A DNA stretch of 64,000 bases from Octopus vulgaris (taxonomy: Eukaryota): assembly GCA_951406725.2 (NCBI GenBank), contig OX597822.1, forward strand, positions 112,096,001 to 112,160,000, written 5' to 3'. This document shows positions 1 through 9,391 of this stretch, one piece after another. The notes under the pieces were generated by a model, which ran no database searches, was not told the origin of the DNA, and worked only from the letters and a program-made list of their open reading frames with translations. The translations under genes were made by a program, and so were the position numbers. Numbering within the stretch: position 1 is the stretch's first letter; every line of letters begins with the position of its first letter.

Positions 1-443
1 TGAAGTACAAAACAGATCTTCATTACACATATGTTAATTTCTCAGAAATTTGCTTTGTATGGGATGAAATGATACACTTAATTATTAATCACTTGTTTAC
101 AAATGTCTGATTAGAAAAGTTAAAGCAATTATAGATTAAAGTTGGATGACATTAAGAGCAGTTAAAAGATCAGGTAAGAATGCAGTAGAATTGTTAGCAA
201 ACATAGGGGACAAAATCGGGTTAAAGTAGATACTAGGGGTCAGATGAAAAGTAGTTAAAGATTTTTGATTAGGTATAAATATTTCATCATCGTTTAACGT
301 CCGCTTTCCATGCTAGCATGGGTTGGACGGTTCAACTGGGGTCTGGGAAGCCCGAAGGCTGCACCAGGCCAGTCAGATGTGGCAGTGTTTCTACAGCTGG
401 ATGCCCTTCCTAACGCCAACCACTCCGAGAGTGTAGTGGGTGA

Positions 444-830
444 TTTTATGTGCCACCGACACAGGTGCCAGACGAGGCTGGCAGACGGCCACGCTCGGAT
501 GGTGTTTTTTATGTGCCACCGACACAGGTGCCAGACGAGGCTGGCAGACGGCCACGCTCGGATGGTGTTTTCTATGTGCCACCGACACAGGTGCCAGACG
601 AGGCTGGCAGACGGCCACGCTCGGATGGTGTTTTTTATGTGCCACCGACACAGGTGCCAGACGAGGCTGGCAGACGGCCACGCTCGGATGGTGTTTTTTA
701 TGTGCCACCGACACAGGTGCCAGACGAGGCTGGCAGACGGCCACGCTCGGATGGTGTTTTCTTATGTGTCACCGACACAGGTGCTAGACGAGGCTGGCGG
801 ACGGCCACGCTCGGATGGTGTTTGTTACGT
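444..830. repeat. 63-bp tandem repeat (about 6 copies) inside the RTE 3' UTR
   Basis: Unit ttttatgtgccaccgacacaggtgccagacgaggctggcagacggccacgctcggatggtgtt starts at 444, 507, 570, 633, 696 and ~760. It explains the 21-aa repeats in ORFs 310-936, 440-787 and 450-1139. Confidence 0.97.
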
Positions 831-1083
831 GCCCTCAGCACGGAGGCCAGTCATTGCGGTACTGGCTACGGTCACGTTCGGATGGTTTTCTTATGTGCCA
901 CCGGCACTGGTACCACAAGGATACAAATTCCATTGATGTTCATCTATTTTGATTTGGTTCGATTTGATTTGATACGATTCGATTCTCACTTGCCTCAACA
1001 GGTCTTCACAAGTGTCACAAGAAGGAAGGTATGCACAGGTGGACTGACTACGTCCCAGGTAGGGGCCACGGATTATGGCTTCA

Positions 1084-2812
1084 CTAGTCTTGCCGGGTCT
1101 TCTCACGCACAGCATACTTCCATAGGTCTCGGTCTCTAGTCATTTCCATGGTGAGACCTAACGTCCGAAGGTCATGCTTCACCACCTCGTCCCAGGTTTT
1201 CCTGGGTCTACCTCTTCCACGGGTTCCCTCAACTGCTAGGGATTGGCACTTTCTCACACACCTCTCTTCATCCATTCTCGCCACATGACCATACCAGCGC
1301 AATCGTCTCTCTTGCACACAACAACTGATGCTTCTTAGGTACAACATTTCTCTCAAGGTACTAACGCTCTGTCGAGTAAGTACACTGACATTACACATCC
1401 ATCGGAGCATACTGGCTTCGTTCCTCACGAGCTTACGCATGTCCTCAGCAGTCACGGCCCATGTTTCACTGCCATGTAGCATAGCTGTTCGTACACATGC
1501 ATCATACAGTCTGCCTTTTACTCTGAGCGAGAGGCCTTTAGTCACCAGCAGAGGTAAGAGCTCCCTAAACTTTGCCCAGGCTATTCTTATTCTAGCAGTT
1601 ACACTTTCAGCGCACCCACCCCCACTACTGACTTGGTCACCTAGATAGCGGAAACTATCAACTACTTCTAGTTTTTCCCCCGGAAAGTGACAGAAGTTGT
1701 TTTCTGCAGATTTTCGGAGGTCAGTGCTCCAGAGCACCTGCCACATACAAAAACTATCTTCCCAGTTAGCCTACCTTTGACATTGCTGCACCTCTTATGT
1801 GTCCATAGCTTACACTGGGTACATCTTATAGAGTTTCTACCTACACCTTTTCTACAGATCGAGCAGGGCCATCTTCCTGATGATATTTGTGGGTTTTCTA
1901 CCTTTCTACTTATTAGTACTTTGGTTTTAGCTAGGTTGACTCTAAGGCCCCTCGATTCTAAACCCTCCTTCCACACCTGGAACTTCTCCTCCAGTTCTGA
2001 TAGTGACTCAGCGATTAGAGCGAGGTCGTCAGCATAGAGGAGCTCCCAGGGGCAACCTGTCTTGAATTCCTCCGTTATTGCCTGGAGGACTATGATAAAT
2101 AGGAGGGGGCTGAGTACTGAACCCTGGTGGACCCCAACCTCTACTTTGAATTCTTCTGTGTACATGTTGCCAACTCTAACCTTACTTACGGCATCTCTGT
2201 ACATGGCTTGCACAGCCCTCACCAGCCATTCATCTATCCCTAGTTTCCTCATTGACCACCAGATGAGGGATCGGGGGACCCTATCAAAGGCTTTCTCCAT
2301 GTCAACAAAAGCCAGGTACAGGGGCTTATCCTTGGCTAGGTATTTCTCCTGCAGCTGCCTTACCAGGAATATAGCATCAGTGGTGCTTTTCCCTGGGACA
2401 AACCCAAACTGCATCTCATCTAAACTAACTCTCTCTCTAATTAGTTGGGCTAAGACCCTCTCCGTAACCTTCATTACCTGATCCAACAGCTTGATACCTC
2501 TGTAATTATTTGTATCCAGGGCATCACCTTTACCTTTGTAGCAGTTGACTAGTATGCTGCTACACCAGTCATTGGGTATGACTCCTTCGTGTATCACCTG
2601 GTTGACTATACGGGTGACTAGGTTATAGCCGACACTGCCAGATTTTGAGCATCTCTGCAGTAATTCCTGATGGGCCTGGGGCTTTCCCTGTCTTCATGCT
2701 TCTAATTGCCTTAGCTACCACGGAACTATCAACTCGGATAGCTGGTCCCTCTGTTGGGTCAACATTTGGCAGACTCTCTTTATCCCATTCATTTTCTTTA
2801 TTCAGCAACATG
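1084..2812 (-). pseudogene. Frameshifted RTE reverse transcriptase ORF with a PHD-type Cys/His cluster
   Basis: YADD-type RT in ORF 1668-2597. C4HC3 cluster at 1734-1871. No endonuclease domain because the copy is 5' truncated. Confidence 0.88.
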
Positions 2813-2858
2813 GTGCAACATTTATTAGTAATAAATGTTTCCAATATTTGCTTTACGC

Positions 2859-3164
2859 CAGGGGTTCTCAACCATTTTTTATCTATGGACCCCTTTGATT
2901 ACTATTTTATTTTGGTGGACCCTATAGCCATTCAGTCTTGAAAAACTTGTTTTATGGGAACTTCTTTCTAAATCTTTATTTTGTTTTTCACACATTAACT
3001 TGTGGAGGTTGAACTATGTAAAATGTTGGAGAAAGAAACCCAACTGTTTCTTGCCATACATACCAACACACATCAAATGCAAAATGTTTCCAAGGGCCCT
3101 TGAAATACTATTGTTTATCCCCAGTTTGCTATTTTGTTTCATGGACCCTGGTTCAGAACCACTG
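2859..3164. mobile_element. hAT/Charlie-like MITE
   Basis: TIRs caggggttctcaacc (2859-2873) and ggttcagaaccactg (3150-3164) match at 13/15. Both ends have subterminal atggaccc motifs. Degenerate 8-bp flanks ctttacgc / gcttacac. Confidence 0.7.
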
Positions 3165-3197
3165 GCTTACACCAAGTATTCCAGCACCCTTCTTTCT

Positions 3198-3405
3198 GGC
3201 AGTCGCCATGATAGATCGTTAGCCACTACACACATTTTTTTCTCTCCTTGTTGTTTCTGTGTCCCTTTCTGCAGAAGAGCGTAGGCTCAAAACATAAAAG
3301 ACTTTTTCTACTCCTGAGCGTTATACTAATACATCTGTTTGTTTTGTACATCACCTGTTTTCGTCTTTTTTTTTTTTGTGAGTTCTCCCTCTCTCTCTCT
3401 CTCAC

Positions 3406-3452
<47 letters not shown>

Positions 3453-3660
3453 ATCATGGCGACTGCCATGATAGATCGTTAGCCACTACACACATTTTTT
3501 CTCTCCTTGTTTCTTTTTTTCTGTGTCCCTTTCTGTAGAAGAGCGTAGGCTCAAAACATAAAATACTTTTTTCTATTCCTGAGCGTTATACTAATACATC
3601 TGTTTGTTTTGTACACCACCTGTCTTCGTCTTTTGTTGGGTTTTTTTCGTAAACTCTCCT
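3198..3660 (+). mobile_element. Tandem pair of ~200-bp Penelope pLTR-like units separated by a microsatellite
   Basis: 3198-3390 and 3458-3660 are direct repeats. Each holds a decayed hammerhead-like core: cttt-ctg(c/t)agaa-gagc-gtag-gctc-aaaacata-aaa(g). Confidence 0.6.
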
Positions 3661-3971
3661 TCTATTCAGTCTAGTTCAATATTGCCTTGTATTTTTTCAT
3701 AAGTATTGACACAATAAAGATATTAAGGAAAATTGATAAACCATTAGTTTCGTAATATTCTACTACTATCTGTTTTGTCCTTATTCAACATTGGTTGTGT
3801 GTTGTTATTACCTAGGATGCTCTCAACATTTTAATTATTGAATCTGTCATTTAATCAAGTATTGATTCAGTGCTTTGTCATTTGTTGATTTTTATTGTGT
3901 TAAAGAGTTTTAGTGCCTTCTCTAATGGTTTTATTGTATGATCTAATGACAGTAAATAATGATGATGGTTA

Positions 3972-4035
3972 TCTCTATATATATAAACGGCAAAATGTCT
4001 GTGTTTGTGTGCATGTCCTTTATATAAATCCACAA
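3972..4035 (+). mobile_element. Truncated Helitron-like 5' end
   Basis: a|tctctatatatataaacggcaaaatgtctgtg resembles the 5' end of the Helitron at 15756. It is cut by a SINE. Confidence 0.4.
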
Positions 4036-4261
4036 TGCTAGGGAGACAAAGACAGACACACAAACACACACACTCATATATATATATGTGCATATATACG
4101 ACAGGCTTCTTTCAGTTTCCGTCTACCAAATCCACTCACAAGGCATTGATCGGCCCGGGGCTATAGCAGAAGACACTTACCCAAGGTGCCACGCAGTGGG
4201 ACTGAACCCGGAACCATGTGGTTGGTAAGCAAGCTACTTACCACACAGCCACTCCTGCGCC
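4033..4261 (-). mobile_element. tRNA-derived SINE family B, 5' half
   Basis: Reverse complement of the ggcgcaggagtggctgtgtggtaag...gggttcagtccc head (A/B-box-like) seen in full at 4757-5156. Confidence 0.85.
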
Positions 4262-4272
4262 TATATATATAT

Positions 4273-4398
4273 ACATACAGCCATCTTCATGGGAACAGAT
4301 TGCCATGGACAGGACAGCCTGGAGAACTGCTATCCACAATAGAGGCAACTCCTTCAAGCAGAACAAACAGCAGAATGAGGAGGCAAAACACAGGAGAA
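4273..4398 (+). mobile_element. Short C-terminal fragment of a second RTE (BovB-like) LINE
   Basis: Translates to IQPSSWEQIAMDRTAWRTAIHNRGNSF, matching the WExxAxDRxxWR motif at the end of RTE ORFs. Confidence 0.55.
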
Positions 4399-4756
4399 GT
4401 ATATGTGTGTGTGTGTGTATCCATATATATGTATTTGTCACTTGGTTTTAATAGTGAACTTTTCTTCGTTAGTAATGTTTGGTTTGGAAAGTTTCAAAAA
4501 GTTTGCTATTAAAACCTAAGTGTAAAGCGAGGGATCGGTCAGTGCCTAAAGCATGGCCAAAGACTGTAAGTAGCGATCCTGACACACGCCACAAAGAAAC
4601 GATCAGGCTAAGAAATAATCTCCTGTGCAACAACTATTCAGAAAGTATACTATCCACTCCTGTTAGGAAGAGGAGAGAGAATGAAGCCCTATAAACTGAG
4701 CACAGTCTTTCTACCCTATGTCAAAGGCCTCTCACAAAAGATACAAAAGATATGCA

Positions 4757-5156
4757 AGCGCAGGAGTGGCTGTGTGGTAAGTAGCTTGTTTACCAACCTC
4801 ATGGTTTCGGGTTCAGTCCCACTGCGTGGCACCTTGGGCGAGTGCCTTCTACTATAGCCCCGGGCCGACCAAAGCCTTGTGAGTGGATTTGGTAGACAGA
4901 AACTGAAAGAAGCGCATCGTATATATGTATATATATGCATGTGTGTTTGTGTGTCTGTGTTTGTCCCCTTAGCATTGCTTGACAACCAATGCTGGTGTGT
5001 TTATGTCCCCGTTACTTAGCGGTTTGGCAAAAGAGGCCGATAGAATAAGTACTGGGCTTACAAAAGAATAAGTCCCGGGGTCGATTTGCTCGATTAAAGG
5101 CGGTGCTCCAGCATGGCCGCAGTCAAATGACTGAAACAAGTAAAAGAGTAAAGAGT
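4757..5156 (+). mobile_element. tRNA-derived SINE family B, full length (~400 bp)
   Basis: tRNA-like head, ccttgggc core-like segment, internal (TA)/(TG) microsatellite and aagtaaaagagtaaagag tail. Several copies in the window. It resembles described octopus tRNA-SINEs; the exact family is not verified. Confidence 0.9.
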
Positions 5157-5787
5157 TCATATGACATCAGGACAGTATTCAGAAGTAATACAACACTTTG
5201 CAAATATCTCCTTTGAGTAAAACTACACGTGGAAGAGAATATGTCCTAAAACTGCATCTGCTCCATCCCATGCAGTTGTAGGTTATACGAAGGCGAGACA
5301 TGCCACCTCCTTAAAGTAAGGGTAGAGGAACATCGTAAAACTGTGACACGAGGGGATGTTGAAAAATCAGGTACAGCCGATCATGTATGGAAAAGCGGAG
5401 CCCCACCTCCCACTGTGTGATGAAGTTTAAATAATGAACAGAGAACACCACTGGAAAAATACGAAAATTAAAAGAGTCTGCACATATTCTAGGACACAGT
5501 AACCCCCTCAGCAGACTTAGTGTAGATATGAATGTAATATGGGAACCAGTATTAAGAAAAAATAAAATGCTAGGTTTATAAGCCCTAAAATTCACTCTGT
5601 AATTGCCCACATGCATATAGCATAGTGGATAAGAGTGCGGGCTACTAACCCTCGGATTCTAAGTTCAGTCCCAGGTAGGGACTTGAAAAATAATATCAGA
5701 AAAATATAACATCAGCAACATACCTTAGGAATGAAACCAGTGTACCCTATTAGTTAAATAAAGGGTTGGGTGTGAAATTCTACCAGA

Positions 5788-5830
5788 ATACCTGATGAAG
5801 GCTGGAGAGTACATCAGCCGAAATGTTGTG
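5788..5830 (+). ncRNA. Minimal hammerhead ribozyme motif in the Penelope pLTR (probably decayed)
   Basis: CTGATGA at 5792-5798, stem II ggctg/cagcc (5800-5804 / 5815-5819), GAAA at 5820-5823. Stem III reads aatgtt where aacgtt is expected, consistent with CpG decay. Confidence 0.65.
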
Positions 5831-6011
5831 ATAACGAACAAGGTGAGGACACCTATCCATTCCTTGTAAATAATGTACATAATTCCTCGTCTCAAAAATA
5901 TAGAATAAGATGTTTTCTGACATCCTAGTTGCATTTAGTGACATTTGGAATTCTTCTTTTGGTGAGACATTGCAAACTGCTGTTGATATTAATTTTATAT
6001 ACATACATATA

Positions 6012-6417
6012 TCAGAATCGAAATCGATCAATGGAAATCGATCAATGGAAATTGCAGATGTGTTACCAGTGCCGGTGGCATGTAAGAGAACTTTCCGTTT
6101 CGCGACCGTTGCCAGCACCGCCCCGTTTCGTGTCCGTTGCCAGCCTCGCCTGGCCCTCGTGCCGGTGGCACATAAAAAGCACCATCCGTTCGTGGCCGTT
6201 TGCCAGCTCTGTCTGGCACCAGTGCGGGTGGCACGTAAAAAGCACCCACTACACTCACGGAGTGGTTGGCGTTAGGAAGGGCATCCAGCCGTAGAAACAC
6301 TGCCAGATTTGACTGGGCCTGATGAAGCCTTCTGGCTTCACAGACCCCAGCAGAACAATCCAACCCATGCTAGCATGGAAAACGGACGCTAAATGATGAT
6401 GATGATGATGATGATGA
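6012..6417 (+). mobile_element. RTE 3'-end copy (or SINE sharing the RTE tail) with (GAT)n tail
   Basis: Matches the reverse complement of 285-960: ggcgttaggaagggcatccagc...cccatgctagcatggaaa...gatgatgat. Confidence 0.88.
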
Positions 6418-6504
6418 CATATATATATATATATGCACACACACTTACTTACGAAAAAAAATTTTTTGGGAGCTAGAAAAAACAAAGAAGATTTGTTTTT
6501 TCTA

Positions 6505-7053
6505 GCCTCGAGCTGCAAAAACTAATAAGGAGAGTACAGGAGGTGGTCGAAAAAGCCAGCTTCTATATATGGCTGAAGCGGGAAGACCAAAAATGGCTTG
6601 AAAGTCATAACATGCCGGCGGGAAATAGCACCACTAGGAGAGACAGGCTGACACTGAATCAGCTTCACTGACTGACAGGTGACGGTCGTTTAGAGAATGC
6701 ATGGGCTAAGACTATGCGTCTTCACTGGTCAGTTAAGGTGAGACAGTGTCACGTGACAACTTGCTGGGGCTGCCTGCTGGAGCCTAACAGCAGGTATTTA
6801 AAGGGGAAAATTTGACAAGTCAATCAGTCACCTGCTGACACTCGCTCACAACACATCGAGCACCCAACACCAGAGCTGAAGACACCTCTGAAAGCGGGGG
6901 CCCCGCCACGTCAAAACGGTAGAGGAGTAGGGGCCGAAACCGGACATGGTTCCTCCTGATGATGTCTTGAGCTAACTGGATCCTATAAAGGAGCTGTTGT
7001 GGTAGCAAACCACGAAACACGGTTGTAATTCCTCAGGTAAAATTCAATAAAAC
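6505..7053 (+). mobile_element. 3' end of a restriction-like-endonuclease non-LTR retrotransposon (HERO-like) with 3' UTR
   Basis: ~6519-6608 translates to KLIRRVQEVVEKASFYIWLKREDQKWLESH, resembling the EKASFWLWLxRxDxxW C-terminus of HERO-type elements. A GC-richer UTR follows, with AATAAA at 7047-7052. The right boundary is uncertain. Confidence 0.5.
6795..7036 (+). promoter_or_regulatory. Candidate core promoter and non-coding first exon of cytochrome c
   Basis: TATTTAAA at 6795-6802 lies 31 nt upstream of the A of an Inr-like TCAGTC (6824-6829). An alternative TATAAA is at 6984. Donor-like CAG|GTAAAA at 7036/7037. Inference only. Confidence 0.3.
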
Positions 7054-7180
7054 TATGGAATTCCAGTTAGATGCACAAAATCACAAACATTATTTGGTTT
7101 GAAGATATGCAAATTTCATTCAGTTTATTATATTTAAGTCTGATAAATTCATTAATGATTTTAAAGTTTATAACAATTTA

Positions 7181-7209
7181 TACTGACTTGGCGTATTTCT
7201 TATTTCTAG
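7181..7209 (+). promoter_or_regulatory. Branch point and 3' splice acceptor immediately upstream of the cytochrome c ATG
   Basis: TACTGAC at 7181-7187, then pyrimidine tract tttcttatttctAG ending at 7209, then G-ATG. Confidence 0.7.
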
Positions 7210-7210
7210 G

Positions 7211-7391
7211 ATGCCAATTCCTGCTGGAGATGCAGCTAAGGGTAAAAGCATTTTCCAAAAGAAGTGTGCTCAGTGCCATACAGTAGATCCTGGTGGAAAA
7301 CACAAAACTGGACCAAATTTGTATTGTCTGATAGGACGTAAAACTGGCCAGGCACCTGGCTTTGCTTACACTGAGGCCAATAAAAACAAAG
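7211..7391 (+). CDS. CYCS: Cytochrome c, coding exon 1
   Basis: [60 protein letters not shown] plus 1 nt, with the CAQCH heme-binding motif. Donor G|GTAAGT at 7391/7392, phase 1. Confidence 0.96.
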
Positions 7392-7735
7392 GTAAGTGTT
7401 ACTGGAGAATTCTTGGCTCTTTACTAAGTGCTTCTGACAGTTCTGTGAATATGTTATAGTCTTCCTAATTTGTTTATTGTATGTTTTAGCAAAATGAATT
7501 TTCCTTGGCCTCTATTTGTAAGTCGTGTTAAAATTTCACCGATCTGCTCCAGTCCTATGAAATGGTATCACCATATCTCAACAAATGAAACGAGAACTGT
7601 TATATTCTTCCTTAGTACGCAAAATGTCTTAGAATGTCGGGAAGCAGGAGGAATAAAATTAGAAAATAGGATGAGCAATGGGAAATGACACAAGAAGTGG
7701 CGTTAAGCTTGCTCTTTTTTTTTTTTTTTTTTAAT

Positions 7736-7925
7736 CTTTTACTTGTTTCAGTCATTTGACTGCGGCCATGCTGGAGCACCGCCTTTAATCGAGCAACTCG
7801 ACCCCGGGACTTATTCTTTTGTAAGCCCAGTACTTATTCTATCGGTCTCTTTTGCCGAACCGCTAAGTAACGGGGACATAAGCACTAGGGGACAAACACA
7901 GACACACAAACACACACATGCATAT
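7736..7925 (-). mobile_element. SINE family B, internally deleted 3' half (intronic)
   Basis: cttttacttgtttcagtcatttgactgcggccatgctggagcaccgcc matches the reverse complement of the 4757-5156 tail. Confidence 0.85.
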
Positions 7926-7939
7926 ATATCCAGGAGTGT

Positions 7940-8325
7940 AGGCGCAATGGCCCAGTGGTTAGGGCAGCGGACTCGCAGTCACAGGATCGCGGTTTCGATT
8001 CCCAGACCGGGCGTTGTGAGTGTTTATTGAGCGAAAACACCTAAAGCTCCACAAGGCTCCGGCAGGGGATGGTGGCGAACCCTGCTGTACTCTTTCACCA
8101 CAACTTTCTCTCACTCGTCCTGTTTCTGTTGTACCTGTATTTCCAGCGGCTGGCCTAGTCACTCTCTGTGTCACGCCGAATATCCCCGAGAACTACGTTA
8201 AGGGTACACGTGTCTGTGGAGAGCTCAGCCACTTACACGTTAATTTCACGAGCAGGCTGTTCCGTTGATTCGGATCAACCGGAACCCTCATCGTCGTAAC
8301 CGACGGAGTGCTTCCATCCCATCCA
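7940..8325 (+). mobile_element. tRNA-derived SINE family D (intronic)
   Basis: Head ggcgcaatggcccagtggttagggcagcggactcgc...ggtttcgattcc has A/B boxes. Related copies at 12685-12961 (-) and 24367-24665 (+). Confidence 0.8.
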
Positions 8326-8417
8326 ATGACAGGAAGAGAATCTAACTGTAAATACTCTGCGTACTCATTCAACTTCTGCTGGCATGGGAAAAATGAATGT
8401 TAAATGAGCAAATGTTA

Positions 8418-8822
8418 ATCATCATCATCATCATCATTTAACGTCTGCTTTCCATGCTAGCATGGGTTGGACGAATGACTGAGGGCTGGCGAACCAGATG
8501 GCTGCACCAGGCTCCAATCTTGATCTGGCAGAGTTTCTACAGCTGGATGCCCTTCCTAACGCCAACCACTCCGAGAGTGTAGTGGGTGCTTTTACGTGCC
8601 ACCGGCACGGGGCCAGTCAGGTAGCACTGGCAACGACCTCGTTCAAATTTTTTACACATGCCACCGGCACAGGTGCCAGTAAGGCGATGCTGGTAACAAT
8701 CACGCTCGAATGGTGTTTTTTACGTGCCACCGGCACAGAGGCCAGATAGCCGCTCTGGCAACGATCACGCTCGTATGGTGCTCTTTGTACCCCGCTAGCA
8801 CAGACGCCAGTCATCGAATTTG
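8418..8822 (-). mobile_element. RTE 3'-end copy with (CAT)n on the + strand (intronic)
   Basis: Same sequence family as 285-960, with three to four diverged internal hairpin units. Confidence 0.88.
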
Positions 8823-8836
8823 ATATACAATTTTAA

Positions 8837-9161
8837 CCCCTTACCCAACAATTATTTTGAAAATAAATGTATTTTTTCAGACATATTTTTTAATTGTTTT
8901 ATTTTACTATGTTTTGAATGGTGATTTCGAGGTATATTTCAAACCTTACTTATTATGAATTTTAATTCAATAATATTGATTTTAAATTACCGCTTTGGGC
9001 AGAAACGAGTTAACCCGTTTTTAGACGAAGGAACTCGTTTGCTGTCGATTTTGGCGAGTCTATCTTTTGACGAGTCTATCTTTTGACGAGTTAACTCGCC
9101 AGAGATAGAAAAAAAACGATTTCAGTCAAAACGCATATATTCGTTTCTGCCGGGTAAGGAG
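8837..9161. mobile_element. piggyBac-like MITE (intronic)
   Basis: TTAA at 8833-8836 and 9162-9165 flank TIRs ccccttaccc / gggtaaggag (9/10). Internal gagtctatcttttgac doublet. Confidence 0.75.
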
Positions 9162-9391
9162 TTAATGTCCATTTTTACCTGGCCTGCATTTCCAAGCACA
9201 CCTGCTCCACACAGCAAGTTGCTAGTCATCTCTGCTAATTTATTCACTTTTACTCTTTTTAACATTTCATAATATTCTTCTTTTTTTTTTTTTTTTTTTT
9301 CTATTAGAAATATTCTGTTTAAGAATCTTAGAAAATGGTGTGTAACAAAATTATTGACTTTTTTTTTTTTTTTTTCATCTGTATTTTCCAG

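Larger units (their letters stand above)
285..2812 (-). mobile_element. 5'-truncated RTE-clade LINE (reverse transcriptase (RT) ORF remnant, 3' UTR and (GAT)n tail)
   Basis: Minus-strand ORF pieces 2623-2871, 1668-2597 and 1084-1746 join across two frameshifts (~2640, ~1680). They give RT motifs (NYRGIKLL, QFGF, AFVDMEKAFD, GVHQGSVLSPLLF, YADD) and an RTE-type C-terminus (RRLRWYGHVARM...GRGRPRKTW). The 3' UTR runs from the stop at 1084 to the GAT tail at ~285. Confidence 0.93.
4515..5905 (+). mobile_element. Decayed Penelope-like element (end of RT, GIY-YIG endonuclease, pLTR), split by SINE insertions
   Basis: Pieces translate to SVKRGIGQCLKH (~4519), STVFLPYVKGLSQKIQKIC (~4699) and YDIRTVFRSNTTL (~5160). 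From 5250 the sequence reads NCICSIPCSCRLYEGETCHLLKVRVEEHRK...SGTADHVW, a degenerate GIY-YIG motif. A hammerhead core follows at 5792-5823. Stops and frameshifts are present. Confidence 0.8.

Noticed and set aside
444-830. Shared 63-bp period of the LINE VNTR and the satellite trimer
   Set aside because: The sequences are unrelated (GC-rich vs AT-rich). Treated as coincidence.
444-910. CRISPR-like look of gtgccaccggcac repeats with variable intervening sequence (also 8590-8800 and 63660-64000)
   Set aside because: The intervening segments are homologous to each other, the context is a eukaryotic retroelement, and there are no cas genes.
310-1139. Long ORFs with 21-aa repeats (208, 229, 115 and 117 aa)
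   Set aside because: They arise from a 63-bp tandem repeat in a LINE 3' UTR that is open in several frames on both strands.
268-2841. Possible TSD of the RTE LINE (268-285 vs 2824-2841, 15/18 match)
   Set aside because: AT-rich, offset from the apparent 5' truncation point, and more diverged than expected for this fairly intact copy.
7392-7459. ORF-track extension of cytochrome c ([10 protein letters not shown]...)
   Set aside because: Read-through into the intron. The true C-terminal half is at 9392-9540.
7940-8015. tRNA-like segments (also ~4757, 5620, 10137, 24367 and 25803)
   Set aside because: They are SINE heads: no complete cloverleaf, and they continue into repeat bodies.
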